Shown here: piece by piece, positions 28,613 through 38,847 of the stretch | How positions within the stretch are numbered: position 1 is the first letter of the stretch | Layout: each line of letters begins with the position of its first letter | The notes under the pieces: model-generated | Seen by the model: only the letters and a program-made list of their open reading frames with translations | Told to the model about the DNA's origin: nothing | Database searches by the model: none | Made by a program: the position numbers and the translations under genes | Assembly (NCBI GenBank): GCA_026397405.1 | Contig: JAPLUW010000001.1 | Location: 43,138 to 107,137 of the forward strand | Source of the DNA: Candidatus Adlerbacteria bacterium | Lineage (GTDB): Bacteria; Patescibacteriota; Minisyncoccia; Phycocordibacterales; SBAW01 | Reading direction: 5' to 3' | Length of the DNA stretch: 64,000 bases

Positions 28613-29347
28613 CTACGCTACTACTGCAGGTGCTGCCGCAAGAGAGTCTGCGGTGGGCACTGCGCCCATATTGCTTTCGTATGTTTTTGCAACTTCGTCG
28701 AGCACGTACGCTACTACCTGGAGAGACGCGTCGTTTGCAGGAATTGGGTACGTGATAAGGCTCTTGTCGCAGTCGGAGTTAAGCAGCGAAACAATTGGGA
28801 TGTTTAGTTGGCGCGCCTCTGCAACTGCGCCACTTTCCTGACGTGGGTCCACAATAAACAAAGCGTCGGGGAGCTTGTTCATGCCCTTCAAGCCTCCAAA
28901 CATTGCTTCTAGGTCGGTGATATTGCGGTCAATAAGCAAACGTTCGTGTTTAGTAAACTTCTGCAATTCGCCCTTTTCGCGCTGGTCGGTTTGTTCGGTC
29001 AAAAGGTTAAGGCGCTTTTTGATTTCAGAAAAGTTAGTGAGTGTGCCGCCTATCCAACGTGACGCAACGTAGGGCTGGTTGAGGCGTTCTGCGGCGCGCT
29101 TCAAGGCTTCGCGAGCCTCAGCTTTGCTGCCGACAAAAAGTACTGTTTTACGGGCTGCTGCGAGTGTTTTTATATATTCGAGCGCGTCGGTAAAACACAC
29201 AGACGTGCGTTCGAGGTCAAACAATTCAGTACCTCCTTTGCTACCGAAAATATACGGTGCAACAGACGGGTGGCGGCGTGACGGCGCGTAGCCAAAATGG
29301 GCTCCGAGCGAAAACAACTTGTCTATAACTGATTCGTTTTTTTCCAT
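28613..29347 (-). CDS. rpsB: 30S ribosomal protein S2
   Basis: GAHFGY, RWIGGTLTN, YPIPAND. Confidence 0.97.
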   Translation of the reverse strand: MEKNESVIDKLFSLGAHFGYAPSRRHPSVAPYIFGSKGGTELFDLERTSVCFTDALEYIKTLAAARKTVLFVGSKAEAREALKRAAERLNQPYVASRWIGGTLTNFSEIKKRLNLLTEQTDQREKGELQKFTKHERLLIDRNITDLEAMFGGLKGMNKLPDALFIVDPRQESGAVAEARQLNIPIVSLLNSDCDKSLITYPIPANDASLQVVAYVLDEVAKTYESNMGAVPTADSLAAAPAVVA

Positions 29348-29382
29348 ATAAGATACGGGCTAGAATAGCACGGCCACACTGG

Positions 29383-30354
29383 TTATGCAACCGCCTCCAC
29401 CCCGGTCTGGGCCGCGGCCAGGGCGTCGAGCAGGGGGTTAATGTTACCGGCAAAAATAAGCGGCAAGTTGTGCCAACTCTCTTTAATACGGTGGTCGGTG
29501 ATACGGTCTTGGAGCACGTTGTAGGTGCGCACTTTTTCCGACCTGTCGCCAGTACCAATTTGTAGCTTCCGGTCAGCAGAAAGCTTCGCCCGAGCCTTTT
29601 CTTCTTCGTGCTGTTCAAGTTTTGCCAAGAGCACGGCCATCGCCTTTTCGCGGTTACCCAACTGGTTTCTCTCCGACTGCGAACGCGCTTCCAAACCTGT
29701 TGGTTTGTGCACAATACGCACCGCAGTTTCCACTTTGTTGACGTTCTGTCCGCCCGCACCCCCCGCACGCGAAAATTCCATTTCGATATCGCCAGGGTTA
29801 ATTTCTATAGTGTGTTTTTTGCGTATCGGCAAAATAGCGACCGACGCAGTCGACGTATGGACGCGACCGGACTTTTCTGTTGCAGGTATTCGTTGGACGC
29901 GGTGCACGCCAGTTTCGAACCGGAGGCGTTTGTATACTTCGAGGCCTTTTACCTCAAGCACAACTTCTTTGTAACCACCCAGGTCGGTCTTAGACTCCGA
30001 AAGCACACGTACCTGCCAGCCGCACTGGTCGGCATATGCGCGATACATGTGGGAAAGCTCTTCAGCAAACAATGCAGCCTCTTCCCCACCTACGCCTGCG
30101 CGGATTTCCAAAATCGCTTCGTTGGGGAACTCTTCCTCAAGTTTTTCTTTATCTAAAATTTTCTCTATCTCCGCGAGCAAGGCTGCTTTTTGTTCTTCAA
30201 TGCGCGCAAGGTCGTCCTTGGCAAGTTCGCCCAAGTCGCCCGTTGCCATTTCTTTAAGCTCCTTTTCTTCTACAGCCAAGCGTTCGAGCTCCGCAGCAAA
30301 ATATGCGGTCTTTGGGTTTTCTTTATAGAGGAGCAAGTCCGCCTCTGTAGCCAT
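29383..30354 (-). CDS. prfA: Peptide chain release factor 1
   Basis: GGQ motif, PAT (PxT) tripeptide, [11 protein letters not shown]; next to rpmE. Confidence 0.95.
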   Translation of the reverse strand: MATEADLLLYKENPKTAYFAAELERLAVEEKELKEMATGDLGELAKDDLARIEEQKAALLAEIEKILDKEKLEEEFPNEAILEIRAGVGGEEAALFAEELSHMYRAYADQCGWQVRVLSESKTDLGGYKEVVLEVKGLEVYKRLRFETGVHRVQRIPATEKSGRVHTSTASVAILPIRKKHTIEINPGDIEMEFSRAGGAGGQNVNKVETAVRIVHKPTGLEARSQSERNQLGNREKAMAVLLAKLEQHEEEKARAKLSADRKLQIGTGDRSEKVRTYNVLQDRITDHRIKESWHNLPLIFAGNINPLLDALAAAQTGVEAVA

Positions 30355-30564
30355 CTACTTTTTTGCGGCTGCGCGACGAGCTCTGAATTTTTCTACGCGA
30401 CCTGCGGCATCCAAAATCTTTTCGTTACCGGTATAGAACGGGTGGCATGCGCTGCAAATTTCGACAGAGAGTTTTTCCTGCGTTGAGCCCACAGTAAAAG
30501 CCCGTCCGCATGCGCAGGTAACTTTTGCCTCAGCAAAATAGGTTGGGTGCGTTTCTGTCTTCAT
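30355..30564 (-). CDS. rpmE: 50S ribosomal protein L31
   Basis: HPTY...CACG...[10 protein letters not shown]...GRVEKF. Confidence 0.97.
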   Translation of the reverse strand: MKTETHPTYFAEAKVTCACGRAFTVGSTQEKLSVEICSACHPFYTGNEKILDAAGRVEKFRARRAAAKK

Positions 30565-30586
30565 ATACCTACACTATAGCACAGGG

Positions 30587-31954
30587 TTATAGATCGTTCA
30601 AGAAGTCGATATTTTGCTGTATCGCGGCCACTCGCGACATAACTTGGCTTGCATAGGTCTTCCCAGCGGTTGCCCAGGCTCCTCCAGCGTAGTATTTGGC
30701 AGCCGCAGTAGACTCCGCTGTGTATCCGCCCTTGTCGGCCCCTAAATCACCGAGGTACACAGACATCGCGGTTATAGCATCTTGCGGGTTCCAAGGGTTT
30801 GCGGTCGACACGCCGTCGGCGGCGGCAATACGCTTGGCATACAACGCCCATGTTGACGGGATAAATTGTGCAGGACCCATTGCACCTCCCCACCCGCCAG
30901 CACTTGCAATGGGGCACGACACCACCTGCCCGTGTGGGTCAAACCCAAGCTTGTCTGCGAGCGCCAAAAACGGCGGCACATCGCGAGTTGGGCTCATAAC
31001 TTTTGCAAATGCTTTCCCACTATTTTTACCCACTCCCGCACCGGTTGTTTCGTCTTTTAAATAGCACTGCCCTACATTTGCGCCTAAGTTTGACTCTTGG
31101 GTAAGTATCGCAAGCACCAAAGCTGGGTCGACGCCAGTCGACTTCTGTGCAACTTGGGCAAACTGCAGTGCCGCACCGAACTCAATAGCAGCCGCGTCAC
31201 GCAAGGGAAACAGCGCTGCACGAATAGCTGCGGCTTTTGCCTGGTTTGCGGCAAGCACTTTTTGATACTGCGTTTCTTGGTTAGTCGTTATAGCCAAGAG
31301 CTGCTTTTTTTGCTGCTTGTCAGCGTTTATCTGCTGCTGTGTCAGCTCCACTTTGTAGCGAGCATCGACTTGTGCACTTTGCTTAGCTGCGAGGGCGTCT
31401 TTTTCGTTTTGTGTTTCGGTTTTTACACCGCGCAGCTGGTTAAAAAGGTCTTGGAGCTGCTGGTCTATAGTGTCGATAGACTGCACGTCATCAAAAAAAC
31501 TGGACAGTGTTTCTGAAGAAAGTGCAACCATCGCAAGAGGCGTACTTTCTGCCTCGTTCTTTTCACGAATAAGTTTAGACAACGAATCATGCCCCGCCTC
31601 TATTTTTTGTTCGAGCGTTTGTATTGTAGCGGTCTTTTTTGTTATCTCACTACCGAGTGTTTTTATCGTAATGTTGCGCTGGTCTATTTGCGCTTGCGCT
31701 TTGTTTATCTGCGCAGTCAAAGAAGTAACGTCTCCGGTAAGCGTGTTCTTTTTTGCCTTTGTGTCGTCGAGTACTTTTTGCCACTGTGCAATTTCAGCCT
31801 GCAGCTGGTCGTACTCGGTTTGGAGTTGGGCGCGTTGTTCAGGGGTTAAGTCTTGGGCATGTACGGTAGACACCTGAAATACGGGTGCATGTGCCGCGAA
31901 CACAAACAGAACGGCAATAGTAAAAAAACCTATGTAGCACAGCAGTCGCTTCAT
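30587..31954 (-). CDS. Secreted coiled-coil lytic murein transglycosylase
   Basis: Signal peptide, long coiled coil, ILTQES catalytic Glu, GAMGPAQFIPSTW. Confidence 0.88.
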   Translation of the reverse strand: MKRLLCYIGFFTIAVLFVFAAHAPVFQVSTVHAQDLTPEQRAQLQTEYDQLQAEIAQWQKVLDDTKAKKNTLTGDVTSLTAQINKAQAQIDQRNITIKTLGSEITKKTATIQTLEQKIEAGHDSLSKLIREKNEAESTPLAMVALSSETLSSFFDDVQSIDTIDQQLQDLFNQLRGVKTETQNEKDALAAKQSAQVDARYKVELTQQQINADKQQKKQLLAITTNQETQYQKVLAANQAKAAAIRAALFPLRDAAAIEFGAALQFAQVAQKSTGVDPALVLAILTQESNLGANVGQCYLKDETTGAGVGKNSGKAFAKVMSPTRDVPPFLALADKLGFDPHGQVVSCPIASAGGWGGAMGPAQFIPSTWALYAKRIAAADGVSTANPWNPQDAITAMSVYLGDLGADKGGYTAESTAAAKYYAGGAWATAGKTYASQVMSRVAAIQQNIDFLNDL

Positions 31955-32016
31955 GTATCCCTTTATTCTACCAGACCAAAAAGCTCCCTGCCGGGGACGA
32001 AATGAATGACCCATAT

Positions 32017-32049
32017 AAAACAAAACTGCCCCGCGAGCGCGGGGCAGTT
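32017..32049 (-). terminator. Intrinsic terminator after rplY
   Basis: AACTGCCCCGCG-AG-CGCGGGGCAGTT with a T-rich tail on the minus strand. Confidence 0.85.
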
Positions 32050-32053
32050 GGTG

Positions 32054-32701
32054 TTATTCTGCTGATTCTCCTTCTGCGGGAGCGTCTTCTGGTTTTTTAC
32101 CACGCTCAACGCTGGTTTCGATTGCAGAAAGGTCCATCGGTGCACTTTCTTCCACTTCTTCTTTTGCAGTGTCTACCATGGCAACAACTTCTTCGAGGTC
32201 GACACTGATTATTGCGCTCTTAGGAATATCCAGATCTTTAATTTGTATCTGGCTGTCAAGGCTAGTGAGTTTTGAAATATCAACACGGATTGAGCTCGGC
32301 AAATCTTTTGGCAATACTTCCATTTCGAGTTCGTGCATAACCTTAACCAAAATACCACCGAGCTCTTTAACTGCAGGAGACACACCGTCAAATTCGAACG
32401 GCACCGACACAGTAACTGTCTGACCTTTTTCAATTGCGTAAAAGTCGGCGTGCAATGGCGCGCCAGAAACTGCATGGAACGACACGTCGTGGATAAGCGC
32501 ATCTTTGTCTTCGCCCACACCGGTAAGAGTAATCACAGTAGAGGAACCCGCTGTCTTAAAAAGCTTTTCAAAGTCTTTGCGGTTTATAGAAATTGGAGTC
32601 GACTCTTCGCTACGGCCATAGACGACCGCTGGCAAGACCCCCGCCTCCCGGAGAGCCTTGGCTTTTTTGCCTATATCGCGCTTTTCTATCGTCAGTTGCA
32701 T
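32054..32701 (-). CDS. rplY: 50S ribosomal protein L25 (CTC form)
   Basis: LREAGVLPAVVYG, HADFY, GGIL. Confidence 0.95.
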   Translation of the reverse strand: MQLTIEKRDIGKKAKALREAGVLPAVVYGRSEESTPISINRKDFEKLFKTAGSSTVITLTGVGEDKDALIHDVSFHAVSGAPLHADFYAIEKGQTVTVSVPFEFDGVSPAVKELGGILVKVMHELEMEVLPKDLPSSIRVDISKLTSLDSQIQIKDLDIPKSAIISVDLEEVVAMVDTAKEEVEESAPMDLSAIETSVERGKKPEDAPAEGESAE

Positions 32702-32739
32702 GCGAGCGAGTATACCAAAAGTACTAGAAAAGGCAACCT

Positions 32740-33597
32740 TTACTGCCCTGCAAAGAGGCGGATTTTCTGGGAGACGTATGCCTGCATTTTTTGGACAGAG
32801 GGCCTCAGGAATTTGTAGGGAGTAGTTTCAGCCCCGGCAGTCAACGTTTCTTTAAGGCTGTCGTGGTAGAGCACGCGCAGGTCGGTATTGATATGGATCA
32901 TCACAACGCCTGAGGCAATTGCCTGCGTAAATTCCTCGTCCGACGAACCAGAGCCCCCGTGCAACACAAGTGGCACACCAACTGCTGCGTTTAACTGCGC
33001 GATGCGCGTGATAGAAAGTTTCGGCTGTCCCTGCAACACAATACCGTGAATATTCCCGACTGCGGGTGCCACCAAGTCTATCCCTGTTTCTTCCACCAAG
33101 CGTTTTAGCTCGTCGGGGTTGGTCATCATTTCTTCTGTTATGGCGGCGCCTTCGGGGAGCGACTGCATAACATTTGACGATGTGCCGATGTAGCCAAGCT
33201 CACCTTCCATAAGCACATCGCGGCCGCTCGCACGCGCATATTTTACACACGTTGCGAGCAAATGTTCGTTTTCTTCAAATGGCAACTTTGCACCGTCGAC
33301 AACCACCGAGTCAGCGCCGTCGGCAATGGCATGCTGCACTTTTTCCACACTGTAGGTATGGTCGGCGTTTAAATATATTTGAATTCCCTGGTGCTGGTAG
33401 AGGTCGACCAGTGCCCGTGCATGCGCGAGCGGGAAAAAGTTGCGCTCGCCTTCGGAAAGGCCTGCAACGACCGGCAGCCCACATTCTTTTGCAGCCAGCG
33501 CAATTGCTGCCAACTGGTTCGAGTCAGAAAAATTAAAATGCCCGAGCGCTTTCTTGCTGTCTTTATAGTCCTGCAGAGTCTCGCGTAATGTTTGCAT
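32740..33597 (-). CDS. fba: Class II fructose-bisphosphate aldolase
   Basis: ADH, EGELGYIG, AVGNIHG, LVLHGGSG, INTD. Confidence 0.9.
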   Translation of the reverse strand: MQTLRETLQDYKDSKKALGHFNFSDSNQLAAIALAAKECGLPVVAGLSEGERNFFPLAHARALVDLYQHQGIQIYLNADHTYSVEKVQHAIADGADSVVVDGAKLPFEENEHLLATCVKYARASGRDVLMEGELGYIGTSSNVMQSLPEGAAITEEMMTNPDELKRLVEETGIDLVAPAVGNIHGIVLQGQPKLSITRIAQLNAAVGVPLVLHGGSGSSDEEFTQAIASGVVMIHINTDLRVLYHDSLKETLTAGAETTPYKFLRPSVQKMQAYVSQKIRLFAGQ

Positions 33598-33620
33598 ACT
33601 TTCATTATATACTAGAGCGT

Positions 33621-34649
33621 ATGGAACCTATCGATTTCTTTGCTATTGGCGATATTGTGACCGAACCGTTTATTCGGCTGAAAGAGGCGCATATTAATTG
33701 CAAAATAGACTCTGAACAATGCGAAATTTGTATGAAGTGGGGCGACAAAATCCCCTACGACTACTTTATATTGATGCCTGCGGTGGGTAACGCGTCCAAT
33801 GCTGCAGTCGCAGCGGCACGTTTGGGCTTAAGTTCCGCACTCCGTGCATATACCGGCGAAGATAGGTACGGCGAGGACTGCTTAGCAGTTTTGAAAGCAG
33901 AAAAAGTGGACATCACATTTATGGTGAAGGACCCTAGCCGCCCCAGCAACTACCACTATGTACTGTGGTACGAAACGGAGCGCACTATTTTGGTAAAACA
34001 TGAAAACTACGACTATCGCCTACCGGAAATCCCACCATCCGTACAATGGATATATCTTTCGTCGCTCGCAGACAATTCGCTTCCCTACCACCTGGCACTT
34101 GCCGAGTGGTTGCAGAAAAATCCGAGCACAAAACTTTGCTTCCAGCCCGGCACATTCCAGATGAAATTAGGAATTGAGGCTCTCAAAAATATGTACGAAC
34201 GAACCGAACTATTTGTTTGTAATAAAGAAGAAGCTCAACGGATTTTACAAGTGGAAGCCACCCTCGCCCATAGCCCGGCCACGGGCGAGGCAGACGATAT
34301 AAAAAAAATACTCGAAGGCCTGCACGCGCTCGGTCCAAAAATTGTAGTAATCACAAACGACAGAAAAGGCGCGTATGCGCGTACTGAGGCAGGAGAATTC
34401 TGGTTCGTCCCCATGTACCCAGACACCAGACCGCCGTTTGAACGTACCGGCGCAGGAGACGCCTTTGCGTCGAGCGTTACTGCAGCGCTCGCGCTTGGCA
34501 AACCGCTAGAAGAAGCTCTGCTGTGGGGCCCAGTGAACGCAATGTGCGTTGTACAGGAGGTTGGCGCACAAAAAGGCTTGCTGACGCGCGAAAAATTAGA
34601 AGAGTACGTACAAAACGCACCAGCCGAATACAAACTAGAAAAAATGTAG
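33621..34649 (+). CDS. PfkB/ribokinase-family carbohydrate kinase
   Basis: GNASNAAVAAARLG, NKEEA, ERTGAGDAF. Confidence 0.9.
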   Translation: MEPIDFFAIGDIVTEPFIRLKEAHINCKIDSEQCEICMKWGDKIPYDYFILMPAVGNASNAAVAAARLGLSSALRAYTGEDRYGEDCLAVLKAEKVDITFMVKDPSRPSNYHYVLWYETERTILVKHENYDYRLPEIPPSVQWIYLSSLADNSLPYHLALAEWLQKNPSTKLCFQPGTFQMKLGIEALKNMYERTELFVCNKEEAQRILQVEATLAHSPATGEADDIKKILEGLHALGPKIVVITNDRKGAYARTEAGEFWFVPMYPDTRPPFERTGAGDAFASSVTAALALGKPLEEALLWGPVNAMCVVQEVGAQKGLLTREKLEEYVQNAPAEYKLEKM

Positions 34650-34664
34650 TTCTGCGGTTCAGCG

Positions 34665-35717
34665 CTACTGTAGCTTTCGCGCAAAAACAGTTTTAACCGC
34701 CTCTTTAATTGCAGGGGTGTCTAACTTATAGTGAGCCAGCAATTCTGCCGGGTTCCCCGACTGCCCAAACTGGTCTCGAACGCCGACAAATTCCATTGGC
34801 ACCGGGTACTCCTGCGCAAGTGCTTCCGCAATAGCACTTCCCAAACCTCCGGCAATTTGATGTTCCTCCACGGTCACGACGGCGCCTGTATTTTTTGCAG
34901 CAGCGACAACCGCCGCAGTGTCGAGCGGCTTTATGGTGTGCACATTAATGACAGATACCGAAATTTCGCTCTCTAGTTCTTGTGCGGCCATGAGTGCCTG
35001 GTACGTCAGTGGGCCTGTAGCAAAAATAGTTACCTGCGGGTTTTCCCCAAGCCATAGTAAATTTGCGCGCCCTATTTCAAACGGCGAAGCAAGAGTTGTC
35101 ATCACTGGTGTTTTTTCGCGTGCTAAACGGATATAGACAGGGCCATTGTGTGTCGCTGCCGCACGTGTTGCTTTGCGTGCCTCTTCGGCGTCACACGGGG
35201 AAAGTACGCACATGTTTGGCTGCACGCGCATGAGTGCAATGTCCTCAAGAGCTTGGTGGGTTGCGCCGTCCGGGCCCACTGAAAGCCCAGCGTGGCTCCC
35301 TACAATTTTGACGGGAACGTTGTTTAGGGAAATTGTGGTGCGAATTTGTTCGTTATTACGACCAGGGGAAAATGCCGCGTATGACGCAATAAAAGGAATT
35401 TTCCCGTAGTTTGCCAACCCGCTTGCGACCGAAGCCAAGTTTTGCTCGGCAACGCCAAGCTCAATGTACCGCTCGGGATATTTTTCTTTGAAGGCAAGCA
35501 TGCGGGTCGACTCGGCCAAGTCGGCGCACAGTGCGAGGACGCGCGGGTCTTTTTCTCCCAGCTCCAACAGACCTTTTCCAAACCCATCACGAGTAGCCGC
35601 GAGAGAAGGGGTTTGGGAAGAAAAAGTCTGGCCGTGCGTAGCAAGGAGATCCGAGGACTTTTTCGAAGCAAATTCCTTCTCGAACTCACTATCTAATTTT
35701 GCACTAGGGTTTAACAT
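34665..35717 (-). CDS. Transketolase, C-terminal (pyrimidine-binding) subunit
   Basis: GVAEQN, GPDGATHQ, EEHQIAGGLG. Confidence 0.93.
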   Translation of the reverse strand: MLNPSAKLDSEFEKEFASKKSSDLLATHGQTFSSQTPSLAATRDGFGKGLLELGEKDPRVLALCADLAESTRMLAFKEKYPERYIELGVAEQNLASVASGLANYGKIPFIASYAAFSPGRNNEQIRTTISLNNVPVKIVGSHAGLSVGPDGATHQALEDIALMRVQPNMCVLSPCDAEEARKATRAAATHNGPVYIRLAREKTPVMTTLASPFEIGRANLLWLGENPQVTIFATGPLTYQALMAAQELESEISVSVINVHTIKPLDTAAVVAAAKNTGAVVTVEEHQIAGGLGSAIAEALAQEYPVPMEFVGVRDQFGQSGNPAELLAHYKLDTPAIKEAVKTVFARKLQ

Positions 35718-35718
35718 A

Positions 35719-36573
35719 TTATTGATGTTCGCTTGCTATCTTTCCTTTCAATGTGCGCAGTTCGGCAAGGAACTTCTGCGCCTCCTCTTTACTTGGCGGT
35801 TTGCCATGCCAACGGTAGTCGAATTCAATTTCTTTAATTCCCTTTCCCGGTATGGTGTGCGCAATGATAACGGTCGGGCGCTCATAAATGGCTTTTGCTT
35901 GCTCTGTTGCATCAACAAACTCACGTATGTTGTGCCCGTCGACTTCAATCACATGCCAGTTAAATGCTTCGTACTTAGCTCGCAAATGTTCGAGAGGCAT
36001 CACATGTTCGGTCATACCGTTTATCTGGATATTATTGCGGTCAACTATCGCAGTAAGGTTTGAAAGCTTGTTGTTGCCTGCAAACATCGCTGCCTCCCAC
36101 ACGTTCCCTGCATCTTGTTCACCGTCGGACATTGCACAGTAGACGCGGAATTTTTTATCATCCATGCGTGCGCCATATGCGTACCCTGCCGCTTGAGAAA
36201 GCCCCGAGCCGAGTGGCCCCGACGTAGTTTCCAAGCCCGGCAGCCGCAAACGTTCCGGATGGCCTTGCAGGCGGCTCCCAAATTTGCGCAGAGTTAAACA
36301 TTCCGCAACAGGAAAATACCCTGCGTGTGCCATTGCGGCATAGCGCACCGGCACAATATGCCCGTTTGAAAGTATCAGTCGGTCGCGTTCCTCCCAGCCC
36401 GGGTTATGCGGGTCATGCTTTAAAATATAAAAATAAAACGCCGCAAAAATGTCCGCCATTCCAAGGGGACCCGCAGTGTGTCCGCTACCAGCAGCAGTGA
36501 GCATCTCCACAATAGTTTCGCGCAGAGACTCTGCCTGCAGTTCAAGTTCTTTTATTTTTTGTTCGGTCAACAT
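35719..36573 (-). CDS. Transketolase, N-terminal (TPP-binding) subunit
   Basis: GSGH, DRLILSNGH, LQGHP, SDGE...N, WHG. Confidence 0.93.
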   Translation of the reverse strand: MLTEQKIKELELQAESLRETIVEMLTAAGSGHTAGPLGMADIFAAFYFYILKHDPHNPGWEERDRLILSNGHIVPVRYAAMAHAGYFPVAECLTLRKFGSRLQGHPERLRLPGLETTSGPLGSGLSQAAGYAYGARMDDKKFRVYCAMSDGEQDAGNVWEAAMFAGNNKLSNLTAIVDRNNIQINGMTEHVMPLEHLRAKYEAFNWHVIEVDGHNIREFVDATEQAKAIYERPTVIIAHTIPGKGIKEIEFDYRWHGKPPSKEEAQKFLAELRTLKGKIASEHQ

Positions 36574-37284
36574 TTATATACGCGACTCCCCTCGCAGGCG
36601 GCTGATTTCTGCAACTGGGTCCTCTGCTTCTAGTATATCGTGTCCGACCACAAGTCGGTTAGCGCCCGCCTGCGCAAGTGCGCGCACATGTTCGAGCGTG
36701 ACACCACCGTCGACTTGTATACAAAGGTCTGGATGCGCAGCGCGCAATTTTTGTACCAACTCCACACAACGTGCATCAAATTCCTGTCCTTGGAAGCCAA
36801 TACGTCCAACACCCATCACTTGTACAAAGTCGTATAGGTCTGTAAACGGAAGAAGTGTGTCGAGCGACGCACCCGGCATAAGTGCAACGCCGACCTCAAC
36901 CGGCACCAACTCGGTGCCGCGATACTGCTGCAAAAGCTGTACAGCCGCGAGCGCGCCCCCTGCTTTTGCATGCACCACAACACTTGCAGCCCCTGCACGG
37001 ACAAAATTTTCTACATCAAGTTCTGGATGTTCTGCCATTACGTCAAACTGGAAGTCGAACTGCCCCCAGTGCGGCAAGCCTTCATCGCCCGACACAAAGG
37101 TTTCAAACGAGCCGGGGGCAGAGTACGGCCAGGTTTTATTTTTTGCATACACACCGTCGACCATGTCGACCTGCACCGTACCTCCTGCATTTTCAATACG
37201 CGTAAGGTTGATCTCTAAGTCAGTAACACTTTTAGGAAGTATTGCTGGAATAATTTCTACCCGGCGTGATAACGGGTCAATCAT
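36574..37284 (-). CDS. rpe: Ribulose-phosphate 3-epimerase (divergent)
   Basis: IIPAIL, VDMVDG, QVMGV..GFQGQ.F, QVDGGV; operon context. Confidence 0.85.
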   Translation of the reverse strand: MIDPLSRRVEIIPAILPKSVTDLEINLTRIENAGGTVQVDMVDGVYAKNKTWPYSAPGSFETFVSGDEGLPHWGQFDFQFDVMAEHPELDVENFVRAGAASVVVHAKAGGALAAVQLLQQYRGTELVPVEVGVALMPGASLDTLLPFTDLYDFVQVMGVGRIGFQGQEFDARCVELVQKLRAAHPDLCIQVDGGVTLEHVRALAQAGANRLVVGHDILEAEDPVAEISRLRGESRI

Positions 37285-37777
37285 GCTGGTCGAGTTTAGC
37301 TATACGTCGCACATGCCGTTCGTCACCGCTAAAGGGAGTCTTCAGCCAAAGATCTACAGCTTCTTTTGCATCACTCTCAGAAATAAAACGCGCACCCAAA
37401 CTAAGAATATTTGCGTCATTATGTTCGCGCGAAAGCTTGACGATGCCTAGAGCCTGCGCAAAATCCTCTGCGTCGATCTTCGGCTCCGCAGCCGGATTTT
37501 GCTTCGGCAACCCGTAGTACACCGCCGCGCGAATTCCCTTAATTCTATTTGCCGCCATTGCCTCCCCTTGGCCCGAACCACCTACAGCAATACCTAAACT
37601 CCCGGGTGTCTGTGCAACTTTTGTTGCAAGTGGAAACATAAAGTCCGGATAATCATCATCGGATGCCAGTGTGTATGGACCCATATCTTCCACTTCGTCT
37701 CCTCTCTCGCGCAAAAAAGAAACTAAAACTTGTTTTAGTTCATATCCTGCGTGGTCGGACGCCAAAAATATCTGCAT
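37277..37777 (-). CDS. rpiB: Ribose-5-phosphate isomerase B
   Basis: SDHAGY, DDYPD, GGSGQGE, REHNDAN, RHVRRI. Confidence 0.93.
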   Translation of the reverse strand: MQIFLASDHAGYELKQVLVSFLRERGDEVEDMGPYTLASDDDYPDFMFPLATKVAQTPGSLGIAVGGSGQGEAMAANRIKGIRAAVYYGLPKQNPAAEPKIDAEDFAQALGIVKLSREHNDANILSLGARFISESDAKEAVDLWLKTPFSGDERHVRRIAKLDQHD

Positions 37778-37780
37778 ACC

Positions 37781-38818
37781 TTATATATGCTTCGCGAGAC
37801 GCTGCACATGTTCGACAAGCGAATGCGTGTACCCCATTTCGTTGTCATACCATGCCAGTACTTTAACCAGGTTGCCGTCCACAACACGCGTGAGAGACAG
37901 GTCGGCAATAGAGGCATGTGCGTTCCCAAGTATGTCGCTTGAAACCAGCGGCTCGGTCGTGACTGCAAATACCGGTTTCCATCGTTCGTCTGCTGCAGCG
38001 TTTGTTAAAATATTATTTATCTCTTCCACACTTGTAGGGCGCTTTGCGATAAACGTTACGTCAGCAATAGAACCTGCAACAACCGGCACGCGCAAGGAAA
38101 TACCGTCGAATTTACCTGCAAGTTCGGGCAGTGCTTTGGTTACCGCAATTGCCGCCCCAGTTGAAGACGGCACTATATTGTCTGCGCCTGCCCGCCCATC
38201 GCGAAAGTCGTCCTTACCTTTTGCTTTTTTAACCGGGCCGTCGACTATGTTTTGAGACGCAGTGTAGGCATGTGTTGTTGAAAGTACTGCTTTTTCAACT
38301 CCGACAGCCTCGTTCAAAATTTGTATAAGCGGGCTCGATGCATTTGTCGTACACGATGCGTTGGATGTGATAATAGACGTTTCAAATTTATCGTCATTAA
38401 TTCCAACAAGTATAGTTGCACCTGCAAGACCCTCGGGAGCGTCATCTTTAACTGGAGCGGTGATAACGACACGCTTGGCACCTGCTGCTATATGTACTTT
38501 TGCTTTTTCATAACTTGTAAAAAAACCCGTACTTTCAATAACAATATCAATACCCAAATCCTTCCATGGGAGGTTGCTCGGGTCAGCTTCCGCGTAGACA
38601 GGGATTTTTGTACCGCCAACAACAAGCGCGCCGTTTTCTGTAGCAATAGGAAATGTTGCCTGCCCGTAGACGCTGTCGTGCGTTAGTAGATATGCTAAAT
38701 TTTCTGCATCACTTAAGTCATTTATTGCGACCACTTCTAATTCCGGATGCTCCTGCACAACACGCATAAATGCCCGGCCAATACGCCCAAACCCGTTAAT
38801 CGCTATTTTTGTTGCCAT
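37781..38818 (-). CDS. gap: Glyceraldehyde-3-phosphate dehydrogenase type I
   Basis: INGFGRIGR, SNASCTTN, WYDNE. Confidence 0.97.
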   Translation of the reverse strand: MATKIAINGFGRIGRAFMRVVQEHPELEVVAINDLSDAENLAYLLTHDSVYGQATFPIATENGALVVGGTKIPVYAEADPSNLPWKDLGIDIVIESTGFFTSYEKAKVHIAAGAKRVVITAPVKDDAPEGLAGATILVGINDDKFETSIITSNASCTTNASSPLIQILNEAVGVEKAVLSTTHAYTASQNIVDGPVKKAKGKDDFRDGRAGADNIVPSSTGAAIAVTKALPELAGKFDGISLRVPVVAGSIADVTFIAKRPTSVEEINNILTNAAADERWKPVFAVTTEPLVSSDILGNAHASIADLSLTRVVDGNLVKVLAWYDNEMGYTHSLVEHVQRLAKHI

Positions 38819-38847
38819 ACTACGCAGTATACCAGACTCAACTTTCT

